Shown piece by piece: positions 16,735 through 25,739 of a stretch of DNA of 64,000 nucleotides (positions within the stretch are counted from its first letter, which is position 1; each line of letters opens with the position of its first letter). The DNA is from an uncultured virus (IMG/VR IMGVR_UViG_3300046168_000024). Taxonomy: Duplodnaviria > Heunggongvirae > Uroviricota > Caudoviricetes. The DNA lies in IMG/VR virus record IMGVR_UViG_3300046168_000024; one strand, 5' to 3'. The notes under the pieces are model-generated. The model was given only the letters and a program-made list of their open reading frames with translations, did not search any database and had not been told where the DNA came from. A program made the translations under genes and the position numbers.

Positions 16735-18503
16735 TCACAATAGTACTATTTATGGGATTGCTTATCTGGAATCCATACCCTTTTCAAGTTTTAGAACTAA
16801 AAACCTTTGATTGGTTTATAATGAATACTGAGCCTGTACAAAATGACAATATTGTAATAGTAGACTTAGACGAAGAATTTATAAAAGATTACAAAGGTTG
16901 GCCACTACCTAGAACAGCTTTCGCAGACTTAATAGCAACAACAAGAGCTGTATCAGGAATAACAGTGCTTATGCCTAATCCCGATATTCGTAATACTGGA
17001 AATGACGAAGTATTGGCACTAAGAATGAATTATACACCAACAGTCCTTGCTAGTGCAGCATCGACACAAGTAACTGGCACTAACCCTCATGTAGGTACTG
17101 CCCAGTTAGGAGAGGACCCATTACCATGGCTATATCAATACCCAGGAATTTTACCTACAGAATCTATGCTGGCGTCAAAGGCAAAGGGACTAGGAGTAGT
17201 AACCGCTACACCGGAAATAGACGGGGTTACTCGTCGTATTCCCCTAGTCGTAAACGTAGGGTCAAAATTATACCCAAGCTTCGGACTAGAACTCTTAAGA
17301 GTAGGAACAGGCGATATAAGTTACCAAATAAAAACAGAAGAACAGGGTTTAGCTTGGGTTAGAGTCCCAACTTATCCTGTAATGAATACAGATGCAAATG
17401 GACGTATCTGGTTAAACTGGAACACAAAATTTTACAAACAAACAGCGAAGGAATATCTTAGTAATCCAATTCAAGCTCCCTTCGTTATATTCGGCACGAC
17501 TGCAGAGGGTGTAACAAACCCTGTGCCGACCCCTGCGGGGGCTAAGTATCCTCATGAGATACAAGCAAACATTTTACACAACCTTATTCAAGGTACAGCA
17601 CCTAGTTCACCTACTTGGGCTTCTGCAGCTGAGTATGGAATCGGACTACTTGCCCTCATCATTTTAGCACTAGCTACAAGGTCAGTTTGGTTATCGGTAC
17701 CGAGTTTAGTACTTGTTGTCGGTGGTTCTTCTTATGGAGCCTGGTATGCCTATCAATCTTCGTATCTCATAGACGCTAGTGGAATCGTAATTATCTGCGT
17801 TTTGTTTTGGGCATATCATTCGTTTCTGAGTTTCATATCCGAGTATCGTCAGAAACTTCGAATCAAACAACAATTCGGCACGTACGTTAGTCCCGACTTG
17901 GTTAAAAAACTCCAGGAAGACCCATCATTGCTGAGATTGGGTGGGTCAACAGAACAACTAACTTTTCTTTTCTCGGATATACGAGGATTTACCCCGATTT
18001 CTGAAAAATACCAAAAGAATCCGCAAGGACTTACTGTTCTGATTAATAGATTTTTAGACAATCAAACTAAGATAATTCTCAAACATGGGGGAACAATAGA
18101 CAAATATATGGGAGACTGCATCATGGCATTTTGGGGTGCTCCTCTTCCAGACGAAAACCATAAGCAAAATGCAACAGCTGCCTTGATAGAAATGAAAAAG
18201 GCATTGGAGGAATTAAATGAAAGATTCAGAGAAGAAGGCCTGGATACGATTAATACGGGCGCGGGCATCAACACCGGCCTCTGTGTCGTCGGAAACTTTG
18301 GAAGTAGCAGTAGGTTTGATTACAGTGTTCTTGGTGATAGCGTCAATCTGGCTGCTAGGTTAGAATCAAGTTGTAAGAATTACGATGTGGATAATGTCAT
18401 TTCTGAGCACAGCTTGGTTGATGGCTACGAGTACGACTTTCTTGACGAAGTAACTGTCAAAGGTAAGTCCGAACCTGTTAAAATCTACACCATACGAAAA
18501 TAG
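16719..18503 (+). CDS. CHASE2-domain class III adenylate cyclase
   Basis: CHASE2 (WPLPR, DGVTRR.PL), TM helices, FSDIRGFT, IDKYMGDCIMAFWG, DYSVLGDSVNLAARLE, VKGK. Confidence 0.92.
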   Translation: MYQKIITIVLFMGLLIWNPYPFQVLELKTFDWFIMNTEPVQNDNIVIVDLDEEFIKDYKGWPLPRTAFADLIATTRAVSGITVLMPNPDIRNTGNDEVLALRMNYTPTVLASAASTQVTGTNPHVGTAQLGEDPLPWLYQYPGILPTESMLASKAKGLGVVTATPEIDGVTRRIPLVVNVGSKLYPSFGLELLRVGTGDISYQIKTEEQGLAWVRVPTYPVMNTDANGRIWLNWNTKFYKQTAKEYLSNPIQAPFVIFGTTAEGVTNPVPTPAGAKYPHEIQANILHNLIQGTAPSSPTWASAAEYGIGLLALIILALATRSVWLSVPSLVLVVGGSSYGAWYAYQSSYLIDASGIVIICVLFWAYHSFLSFISEYRQKLRIKQQFGTYVSPDLVKKLQEDPSLLRLGGSTEQLTFLFSDIRGFTPISEKYQKNPQGLTVLINRFLDNQTKIILKHGGTIDKYMGDCIMAFWGAPLPDENHKQNATAALIEMKKALEELNERFREEGLDTINTGAGINTGLCVVGNFGSSSRFDYSVLGDSVNLAARLESSCKNYDVDNVISEHSLVDGYEYDFLDEVTVKGKSEPVKIYTIRK

Positions 18504-18506
18504 TAC

Positions 18507-18536
18507 TTGACATGAGGTACTAATTTTGATATAATT
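18507..18536 (+). promoter_or_regulatory. late-class promoter 2
   Basis: TTGACATGAG...TTTTGATATAATT. Confidence 0.75.
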
Positions 18537-18560
18537 ATCATGTAGTTAATACAAAAGTTT

Positions 18561-18797
18561 ATGGAGAAAGCATTGGACTCAGATATACAGAAGAACGCAA
18601 CAGGCATCATTGACCTAGATAAAAGACTGTCTAGCCACGAGACTATGTGCGAAGAAAGATGGAAAACATGCTTCAATCGTTTTGATGACATGGATAAATC
18701 TATAGGTAGAATCGAAACTATACTAATAGGAGCATCAGGAAGCTTAATAGCAGGCGGTGCCATATTAATATTGGCCATGTACAACATACACGTTTAG
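18561..18797 (+). CDS. coiled-coil plus C-terminal TM protein (XhlA/holin-like)
   Basis: RL..HE..C.ERW, C-terminal hydrophobic helix. Confidence 0.6.
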   Translation: MEKALDSDIQKNATGIIDLDKRLSSHETMCEERWKTCFNRFDDMDKSIGRIETILIGASGSLIAGGAILILAMYNIHV

Positions 18798-18806
18798 GAG
18801 AAAACA

Positions 18807-18977
18807 ATGGAATTAGATTATAATAAAAAAGATATATCAAAATCCCCGAAAGCAAAAGCAGTAGAATACGATATGAGCGTACTGTATTGCAAAAGAGGAA
18901 TTTGGTACGCTGTTAAAAATGAACAGAAAATGAAGTTCAACAGCAAAGAAGAGGCAATCAAATGGCTGGAGAAATAA
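18807..18977 (+). CDS. 56-aa hypothetical protein
   Basis: AGGAG RBS, MELDYNKKD...EEAIKWLEK. Confidence 0.6.
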   Translation: MELDYNKKDISKSPKAKAVEYDMSVLYCKRGIWYAVKNEQKMKFNSKEEAIKWLEK

Positions 18978-19111
18978 AGAAAGCTTTAGAAGAAGCTGTC
19001 GAAAAAGACAATGAAGCACCAGAACTTAATGCTAGAGTCAGAAAACTACTAGCTCGCAAGAAAAGATTGCAAAGAAAAAACAGACAAAAAATACCACCTT
19101 CATTAAAGTGA
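18962..19111 (+). CDS. 49-aa basic hypothetical protein
   Basis: GAGG RBS, overlapping neighbours. Confidence 0.55.
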   Translation: MAGEIKKALEEAVEKDNEAPELNARVRKLLARKKRLQRKNRQKIPPSLK

Positions 19112-19269
19112 AGAAGAAACTCAAACATCAAGACAGATTAAAAATATGTCAAGAGTGTCCAAACTATAGTAAGTTTTGGAAAACTTGTAAAATCTGTATG
19201 TGTTTTATGCCCCTCAAGACTAAATTACGATGGGCGGAGTGTCCGGACGAGCCACCTCGTTGGACTTAG
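19108..19269 (+). CDS. Cys-rich small protein (DUF6171-like)
   Basis: RLKICQECP...CKICMCFMPLKT....ECP....W; GTGA coupling. Confidence 0.65.
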   Translation: MKKKLKHQDRLKICQECPNYSKFWKTCKICMCFMPLKTKLRWAECPDEPPRWT

Positions 19270-19278
19270 GAGATACTT

Positions 19279-19341
19279 ATGCCTTATCATTATGGTAAGA
19301 AAAAGAAGAAGAAAAAGTCAAAGGGCAGGAAGAAGAAGTAG
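19279..19341 (+). CDS. 20-aa poly-lysine peptide
   Basis: AGGAG RBS; MPYHYGKKKKKKKSKGRKKK. Confidence 0.55.
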   Translation: MPYHYGKKKKKKKSKGRKKK

Positions 19342-19346
19342 CACTC

Positions 19347-19455
19347 AGGAGGTGACAACAATCTAGGAGTAGATGACCTTATACTAAAGCGAAAACGCAT
19401 GAAGTAACAATTCATGACACGGAATAAAAAATGAGGGGTCTCTACTCCGCCTTTT
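19347..19455 (+). ncRNA. putative structured RNA element
   Basis: GGAGTAGA.GACC pairs with GGTC.TCTACTCC; internal GCG-AAAA-CGC and CATGAA/TTCATG hairpins. Confidence 0.45.
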
Positions 19456-19465
19456 AGGAGAAAAA

Positions 19466-19597
19466 ATGAAATACTTAAAAATGATATGGAATATCATAAC
19501 AGGTAAAGATAAGAACTGGGATGGAACAGTTGACATCAAAGACAAGATGATGGCAGCTAAAGAAAAAACAGAGATTAGTCAATTTAAACCAAAATGA
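19466..19597 (+). CDS. 43-aa peptide with DxNxDGxVD Ca-binding-like motif
   Basis: AGGAG RBS; DKNWDGTVDIKD. Confidence 0.6.
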   Translation: MKYLKMIWNIITGKDKNWDGTVDIKDKMMAAKEKTEISQFKPK

Positions 19598-20076
19598 TTA
19601 GAACAATAAATCAAGCGTACCGAATGTATAAAAATGTTAGTAGCAGTGGACAGAATGTCAAAGCTATTAGCTATGAAACTGCATCGGCAAAGCGTAATTT
19701 TAATGTTAGTCAAAAGTCGTATGTGATGTACTTTCACAATCATACAGTCACACCTAATTTTACTACTGAAAAAATAGAAAGTGTAGGAGAAGGTAGCTGG
19801 TTCGAAAAAATAAAACATAATTATTGGTGGGGAGCAGATTCTCCACTTCTAACTATTACTGTAAGAAATAAACAAGAAGCAACTAAGTTCGAGAATACTC
19901 AAAGCAAGTTCGCGGGTTTAACAATTATTACAGTCGACACTATGATGGTGTTTAGACTTCAACCAGATGATGACGGAAATGTACGATTAGTACGACTTAT
20001 GAAGAGCCCAGGCTTGCCTTGGTTACGCGGAGATTTAGACTTACTCAAATTAGGTGCAGTTTGCAATTACACTTAA
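19594..20076 (+). CDS. hypothetical protein
   Basis: 160 aa ORF, ATGA coupling. Confidence 0.6.
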   Translation: MIRTINQAYRMYKNVSSSGQNVKAISYETASAKRNFNVSQKSYVMYFHNHTVTPNFTTEKIESVGEGSWFEKIKHNYWWGADSPLLTITVRNKQEATKFENTQSKFAGLTIITVDTMMVFRLQPDDDGNVRLVRLMKSPGLPWLRGDLDLLKLGAVCNYT

Positions 20077-20148
20077 AGTAAGATAAAACGCGCAAGACCT
20101 TAAGGTTTTTCGCAAAAGAGTACTTTTTAGTACGCAGGGGAGAAAATT

Positions 20149-20325
20149 ATGTTAGAATTTCTTACATGGTTAGTAGCATGGATTCAATTGATTCCATGGA
20201 TTGTAGCAGCAGCATCATTGATTGCAGCTCTTACACCTACTCCAGTTGACGATGGACTAGTCAAGAAAGCATATCATGTGCTTGATTGGTTTGCATTGAA
20301 TGTTGGTAAAGCAAAAGATAAATAA
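20149..20325 (+). CDS. 58-aa holin-like membrane protein
   Basis: TM then AALTPTPVDD...LDWFALNVGKAK; GGGGAG RBS. Confidence 0.6.
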   Translation: MLEFLTWLVAWIQLIPWIVAAASLIAALTPTPVDDGLVKKAYHVLDWFALNVGKAKDK

Positions 20326-20477
20326 TGCCTGTAATTAAGGTTAAACGCGGATACAAATGGGGTAAATCTGGAAAGGTTTACCCAACCCGCAAACAAGCAG
20401 AAAGGCAAGGCAGAGCAGTTTATGCTTCTGGATATAAGAAACGAAATGGCAAAAAGAAGAAAAAGAAAAGCCGCTAA
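20325..20477 (+). CDS. 50-aa highly basic protein
   Basis: MPVIKVKRGYKWGKSGKVY...QGRAVYASG; TAATG coupling. Confidence 0.65.
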   Translation: MPVIKVKRGYKWGKSGKVYPTRKQAERQGRAVYASGYKKRNGKKKKKKSR

Positions 20478-20646
20478 AAAGAGACCTGTACCAACAAATC
20501 CAAGTCTCTACGCTAGGATAAAAGCCCAAGCAAAGAGAAAATTTAAGGTATATCCATCAGCTTATGCTAATGGGTGGCTAGTAAGGACTTACAAAGCCAA
20601 AGGTGGTCGGTATCGAATGGGTACTGGTCGTAAGAGGAGAAAGTAA
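20446..20646 (+). CDS. basic protein (DUF5872-like)
   Basis: PTNPSLY...AKRKFKVYPSAYANGWLV..YK.KGG. Confidence 0.7.
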   Translation: MAKRRKRKAAKKRPVPTNPSLYARIKAQAKRKFKVYPSAYANGWLVRTYKAKGGRYRMGTGRKRRK

Positions 20647-20804
20647 TGCCACGAGGTAAAGGAACATATGGTAAAAAGAAAGGCCGTCCAATGAAAAAGA
20701 AAGCTGGAAGAAAAGGAATGAAACCTTGTTTAACAGCAAAGCAAAAGAAGTTACCAAAAGCACTTCAAGCTGGTATTCGTAAGAAGAACAGACCTTGTAG
20801 ATAA
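20646..20804 (+). CDS. 52-aa highly basic protein
   Basis: MPRGKGTYGKKKGRP...LTAKQKKLPKALQ; GAGGAG RBS. Confidence 0.65.
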   Translation: MPRGKGTYGKKKGRPMKKKAGRKGMKPCLTAKQKKLPKALQAGIRKKNRPCR

Positions 20805-21088
20805 TGGCGAAACCAAAAGGCGGACTGACTAAATGGTTCAAAGAAGGATGGGTTGACATCTCTCGTAAGAGAAAAGGCGGAGGCTATATGCCTTGTGGTC
20901 GTAAGTCAGCAAGAAAAAGTAAAAGAGGATATCCTAAATGCGTTCCTGCTAGCAAAGCCGCTAGAATGACTAAGTCTCAGATAAGGTCAGCAGTTACAAG
21001 AAAAAGAAAAGCAGGTAATCCAGGTGGAAAACCTCGTAATGTTTCCACTTTTGTAAAAAGAGGTAGAAAGAAAAAAAGGAGTAGATAA
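20804..21088 (+). CDS. basic protein
   Basis: GGLTKWFKEGWVDI...CGR...YPKCVP. Confidence 0.75.
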   Translation: MAKPKGGLTKWFKEGWVDISRKRKGGGYMPCGRKSARKSKRGYPKCVPASKAARMTKSQIRSAVTRKRKAGNPGGKPRNVSTFVKRGRKKKRSR

Positions 21089-21285
21089 TGATAAGAAGCC
21101 AACTCAAAGAAAAATTCGAAGTTTCGAATGAGCTGAGTGGGATTGAAAGAAAGTTAGCAGTAAGAATATACGAGCAACGAAAATATCTACAAAAATTAAG
21201 TAAATTGAAAGACTACGCAACAATGCGTAAGTGTAACTTTCAGAGGAAACAACTAGAGTTGTTAAAAGGAGAACTAAATGGCTAA
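21088..21285 (+). CDS. hypothetical protein
   Basis: AAGGAG RBS, coupled. Confidence 0.6.
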   Translation: MIRSQLKEKFEVSNELSGIERKLAVRIYEQRKYLQKLSKLKDYATMRKCNFQRKQLELLKGELNG

Positions 21286-21541
21286 GTTTTTAAGCGGACC
21301 AACTGGTATTCATAATACACAGAAGATTCGAAAACATGTACTCAAAAGGGGTATAACAAGAGATATGAACTCTGCAGCTGGAACTGTTGTAAACAGTAAA
21401 AATGCAGGTAGCTATGAAGCTTTCAGATATGCAGCAGCACCTAAAGCAGTCGGACCAAGATATGGCAAGACTCTTAGACCAAAAGCAGCTAGATTCGGAA
21501 AGAAAACTTCAGGAAGAATATTACCAAGAAGAGGTAGATAA
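21278..21541 (+). CDS. basic hypothetical protein
   Basis: AAGGAG RBS, K/R-rich. Confidence 0.7.
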   Translation: MAKFLSGPTGIHNTQKIRKHVLKRGITRDMNSAAGTVVNSKNAGSYEAFRYAAAPKAVGPRYGKTLRPKAARFGKKTSGRILPRRGR

Positions 21542-21543
21542 TA

Positions 21544-22089
21544 ATGATTAGGGTCACAGATAATTTTTTGACAAAAGAACAATGTCAAAATATAATAAAT
21601 AGTTTTCATACTTGGGAAAGAGATAAAATAATTAATGATACCTCTAGACCAGAGAAAACTTTCAGTAAAGAACAGTTAGATGCTAATACTGAGATTGACC
21701 CTGAAGGTTATAAAATTAGACAAGTATCTCAGTCAGGTACTGATTATATTACAGAATGGGATGGACTTCCTGTTTACAGATGTAAAGTTATGAAGTATGA
21801 CGAAGGAGACTTCGTTGAAGAACATAGAGATAGTCTATGGATGTGCCAAAGTAATTATTGGAAACCAAATACTAATCAAAGAGCAAAAGACTTGATGGTA
21901 ATACCACTAAATGATGATTATGAAGGTGGAGAGTTTACAGTAAATGGAACAGAAATAAAACAAAAGATAGGGTCAGTAATTCAAATGCCACAATCTGGTA
22001 TTCCAGGATTTAGACCCAGACCTAAGCATGGAGTTAAAGAAGTAACAAAAGGTACTAGATACTCTATGGTATTTTGGAACTTTGAATGA
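21544..22089 (+). CDS. 2OG-Fe(II) oxygenase (prolyl hydroxylase-like)
   Basis: HRD...LNDDYEGGEF...HGV..VTKGTRYS.V.W. Confidence 0.88.
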   Translation: MIRVTDNFLTKEQCQNIINSFHTWERDKIINDTSRPEKTFSKEQLDANTEIDPEGYKIRQVSQSGTDYITEWDGLPVYRCKVMKYDEGDFVEEHRDSLWMCQSNYWKPNTNQRAKDLMVIPLNDDYEGGEFTVNGTEIKQKIGSVIQMPQSGIPGFRPRPKHGVKEVTKGTRYSMVFWNFE

Positions 22090-22235
22090 AAAAAGTAAAA
22101 GCGCCTAAAGGATTTCATTGGATGAAGACCAAATCGGGAGTTCGTTTAATGAAACATAAGGGCAAGTATAAAAAGCATCAAGGGTCTTCGCTGTATCATC
22201 AGTTTAAGACTGTAAAAATGCACTCACCACTATAA
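22086..22235 (+). CDS. 49-aa basic protein
   Basis: MKKVKAPKGFHWMK...RLMKH; ATGA/TAATG coupling. Confidence 0.6.
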   Translation: MKKVKAPKGFHWMKTKSGVRLMKHKGKYKKHQGSSLYHQFKTVKMHSPL

Positions 22236-22576
22236 TGGCACTAAGTAAAGCAGAAAAAGCAAGATTAAAACGGGTTGGACTCTCAGGTTTGAACAAACCA
22301 AAAAGAACACCCAAACACAAAACCAAGAAAGCTGTAGTAGCTGTAAGGGTTGGTGGTAGAATAAAGATAATTAGATTCGGAGCGCAAGGCATGGGTCATA
22401 ATTATAGCGCAGCAGCAAGGAAGAGTTTTAAAGCTAGACACGGTAGAAATATTCGTAAAGGTAAATCTTCTGCAGCTTACTGGGCAAATAAAGTCTTCTG
22501 GGCAGGAAAGGGCGGTTCTAGTAAAAGACCACCTAGGTCTCAGAAGCATGTTAAAGGTATAAAAAGGAGAAGATAA
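22235..22576 (+). CDS. basic protein
   Basis: NKPKRTP.H.TK...IIRFGAQG...RKSFKARH...SAAYWANKV.W. Confidence 0.75.
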   Translation: MALSKAEKARLKRVGLSGLNKPKRTPKHKTKKAVVAVRVGGRIKIIRFGAQGMGHNYSAAARKSFKARHGRNIRKGKSSAAYWANKVFWAGKGGSSKRPPRSQKHVKGIKRRR

Positions 22577-22800
22577 TGCAAGAAGTAAGTGGACAAAAGT
22601 TATGGCTAGATGAAGCTATGACTCACTCAGAGGGCTTCCTAACAACATTAGTTAACAGGGAAGGAGAAAGAGATTTATCAACAGCTGAGAAAAATATGAA
22701 GCACATCGTTGCGTCTTACTGCTATCTATACCACAAGGCACAAGAACTCGGGTTTCTTGATGAGGATTCAGATTTATTTTTTAACGAGAAAATACATTGA
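22576..22800 (+). CDS. acidic hypothetical protein
   Basis: AAGGAG RBS, coupled to terL. Confidence 0.65.
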   Translation: MQEVSGQKLWLDEAMTHSEGFLTTLVNREGERDLSTAEKNMKHIVASYCYLYHKAQELGFLDEDSDLFFNEKIH

Positions 22801-24098
22801 TAGAAGTTAGTAGAAAAGATGTAATCTCCGATAGCCTGATGTCTTATCAAGAACAAGCCAGGTTTATAAAGTTACCTATGGAAGGGTATCTTGACTTATT
22901 AGGTATCACACCTAATAGTTCTCAAAATGCAATAATCAATGCAATTAATAATCCTAAATATCGTTTTATATGCGCCGCTGTCTCTCGTAGACAGGGTAAA
23001 ACTTATATTGCAAATATTATAGGTCAGTTAGTCACTTTAGTACCCAATTGTAATGTACTTTTAATGTCGCCTAACTACTCATTATCACAAATATCTTTTG
23101 ACTTACAAAGACAACTAATAAAACATTTTGACTTAGAAGTATTGAGAGATAATGCAAAAGATAAAGTTATTGAATTAAGTAATCATTCTACTATTCGTAT
23201 GGGTTCAATCAATCAGGTTGATTCAGTAGTTGGTAGAAGTTATGATTTAATTATCTTTGACGAGGCAGCACTTGTGGATGGCAGAGATGCGTTCAATGTA
23301 GCACTAAGACCTACACTAGATAAAGAAAACTCAAAAGCACTATTTATATCTACTCCAAGGGGTAGAAATAATTGGTTTGCTGAGTTCTGGAACAGAGGCT
23401 TTTCAGGAGAGTATCCAGAATGGTGTTCAGTTAGAGCAACCTATCATGAAAATCCTCGTATATCTGATACTGATATTGAAGAAGCTAAAAAGACTATGTC
23501 TGAAGCTGAGTTCAATCAAGAATACATGGCTGACTTTAATGTCTTCGAAGGACAAGTCTGGGCATTTAATCATCAAGAGTGTGTAGCAGATTTATCAGAA
23601 ATAGATACAAAAAGAATGGATATATTCGCAGGAATGGACGTAGGTTACAAGGACCCTACTGCTTTCTGTGTCATGGCATACGATTGGAACGATGACAAGT
23701 TTTATTTACTAGACGAATATTTAAACAGTGAAAGAACAACAGAACAACACGCAGTAGAAATAAGAAAACTAATCCATAAATGGAATATTGATTACATTTA
23801 TATAGATTCTGCAGCTCAACAAACAAGATTTGACTTTGCACAAAACTATGACATTACTACTATTAATGCTAAGAAATCAGTACTAGATGGTATAGGTTAT
23901 GTAGCCGGTATTGTAGATAATGATAAGTTAACTGTACATCAATCTTGCACTGAGTCATTGTTAAGTTTAGACCAATATCAGTGGGACCCAAATCCTAATT
24001 TGATGAAAGAAAAACCTAAACATAGCTATGCCTCTCACATGGCTGATGCGATTCGATATGCACTCTACTCGTTTGAGACACATGCCACTACCTTTTAA
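22797..24098 (+). CDS. terL: terminase large subunit (T5-like)
   Basis: Walker A SRRQGKT, Walker B LIIFDEAA, ISTPRG, nuclease GMDVGYKD, SHMADAIRY. Confidence 0.95.
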   Translation: MIEVSRKDVISDSLMSYQEQARFIKLPMEGYLDLLGITPNSSQNAIINAINNPKYRFICAAVSRRQGKTYIANIIGQLVTLVPNCNVLLMSPNYSLSQISFDLQRQLIKHFDLEVLRDNAKDKVIELSNHSTIRMGSINQVDSVVGRSYDLIIFDEAALVDGRDAFNVALRPTLDKENSKALFISTPRGRNNWFAEFWNRGFSGEYPEWCSVRATYHENPRISDTDIEEAKKTMSEAEFNQEYMADFNVFEGQVWAFNHQECVADLSEIDTKRMDIFAGMDVGYKDPTAFCVMAYDWNDDKFYLLDEYLNSERTTEQHAVEIRKLIHKWNIDYIYIDSAAQQTRFDFAQNYDITTINAKKSVLDGIGYVAGIVDNDKLTVHQSCTESLLSLDQYQWDPNPNLMKEKPKHSYASHMADAIRYALYSFETHATTF

Positions 24099-24120
24099 TA
24101 ACTCCTTGAAAAAATAGTTC

Positions 24121-24150
24121 TTGACATGAGCTATAAAATTTGTTAAAATT
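24121..24150 (+). promoter_or_regulatory. late-class promoter 3
   Basis: AAAATAGTTCTTGACATGAG...TTTGTTAAAATT. Confidence 0.7.
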
Positions 24151-24169
24151 CTAATATACAAGTAGGTTT

Positions 24170-24544
24170 ATGACTTTAAAAAGAGATTTAGTTAAGTATG
24201 TTCGTGACAAAGCCAAGTCGAAATATAAGAAAGAGGCGGAATGTTACATCTGTGGAAGTACGGAGAATCTGGACTTTCATCATTTTTATGGATTAACTGA
24301 GTTACTAGAATCGTGGATGAAAAATAAAGACATCACGGTTGAAACCGAAGAAGAGATACTAGAACTTCGTGAAGTATTTATAAAAGAAAACGAAGATAAA
24401 GTTTATAAACAAGCTGTTACATTATGTCATATGCATCACCTAAGATTGCATAACATATACGGAAAAAGACCTAAGCTAATAACAGCAAAGAAACAACAAC
24501 GCTGGGTCGAGATACAAAGGAATAAATATGGCATGGTACGATAG
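24170..24544 (+). CDS. HNH-type nicking endonuclease (T5-like)
   Basis: KRD....RD..KS.YKK, CYICG...LDFHH, TLC..HH..LH; between terL and portal as in T5. Confidence 0.8.
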   Translation: MTLKRDLVKYVRDKAKSKYKKEAECYICGSTENLDFHHFYGLTELLESWMKNKDITVETEEEILELREVFIKENEDKVYKQAVTLCHMHHLRLHNIYGKRPKLITAKKQQRWVEIQRNKYGMVR

Positions 24545-25739
24545 ATTTTTGGGTAGGACAGAAGAAAAACAAAATCCTGCTCAATACGTAATATCAAGGG
24601 ACGAGGGTCTCACGATTGATAGTAGAGAGAATGTTCTCAACTATCGAAATGCCTACGAAACATTAGAAATAGTAAACAGGGCAGTCAACATGATAGTGGA
24701 TGACGCTGCTGAGATACCATTCGATGTGGGAGAAAAGATTCAGGGTATAACACCTATTAAGAAAGATCTACGAAGAACACGAGTAGACTTATTAATGAAC
24801 AAAGAACCGAATCCATTTCAAGACATAAGCACATTTAAAAGAAATCTTTTAGTAGACTTTATGATTGATGGTAACATCTTTGTTTATTTCGATGGTGCAC
24901 ATCTGTACCATCTTCCAGCAGACCATGTTACAATCTATAGTGATGATAAACAATATGTTGAAAAATATACATATGACCACTCAATAGATTACAGTCCATC
25001 AGAAATTATACATATAAAAGAAAACAGTTTTAACTCTATTTATAGAGGAGTTCCTAGATTAAAACCTGCTTTAAGAACTATGCAGTTACTTTCAAGCATG
25101 AGAAAATTCCAGGATAACTTCTTTAAAAATGGGGCAATACCAGGATTGGTATTAAAATCACCTAACACTCTTTCTGAAAAAATCAAAGAAAGAATGTTAC
25201 AGGCTTGGGTTGCTAGATACAATCCCCAGTCTGGAGGTAGAAGGCCATTGTTTTTAGACGGTGGTTTAGAGGTTGAAGACTTAACGGAAATTAACTTTAA
25301 GGAATTAGACTTTCAAGAAGGAATAGCTTCAAATGAAAAGATAATTCTTAAAGCTATAGGTGTTCCACCAATATTGATGGATAGTGGTAATAATGCAAAT
25401 TTAAGACCTAACCATCGATTATATTATTTAGAAACCATACTACCAATTATTAATAAAATTGCGTATGCTTTCGAGAGATACTTCGGTTTCAAACTTGACG
25501 AAGATGTAACAGGTATTCCTGCTTTACAGCCCGAGTTAAGAGACCAAGCAGCTTATTATGCTACTCTTGTTAACACAGGAATTATGACACCGAACGAAGC
25601 AAGGGAGGCATTAAGGCTTGAGCAAATTGAAGGGTTTGATACACCAAGAATTCCTGCGAATATCGCAGGTTCAGCCTCAAATCCAGAGGAAGGCGGTAGA
25701 CCCCAAGAAGGTCCGCCAAGCGAGGAAGAAGAATTATGA
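24528..25739 (+). CDS. portal protein (HK97/T5 family)
   Basis: PNPFQ, GN, EIIHIK, FFKNGA.PG, GVPP.L, GIMTPNEAR. Confidence 0.92.
   Translation: MAWYDRFLGRTEEKQNPAQYVISRDEGLTIDSRENVLNYRNAYETLEIVNRAVNMIVDDAAEIPFDVGEKIQGITPIKKDLRRTRVDLLMNKEPNPFQDISTFKRNLLVDFMIDGNIFVYFDGAHLYHLPADHVTIYSDDKQYVEKYTYDHSIDYSPSEIIHIKENSFNSIYRGVPRLKPALRTMQLLSSMRKFQDNFFKNGAIPGLVLKSPNTLSEKIKERMLQAWVARYNPQSGGRRPLFLDGGLEVEDLTEINFKELDFQEGIASNEKIILKAIGVPPILMDSGNNANLRPNHRLYYLETILPIINKIAYAFERYFGFKLDEDVTGIPALQPELRDQAAYYATLVNTGIMTPNEAREALRLEQIEGFDTPRIPANIAGSASNPEEGGRPQEGPPSEEEEL

Noticed and set aside
10784..18503. Host chromosomal DNA or prophage boundary
   Set aside because: Flanked by terS/terL, translationally coupled, phage promoter class; no integrase or att site seen.
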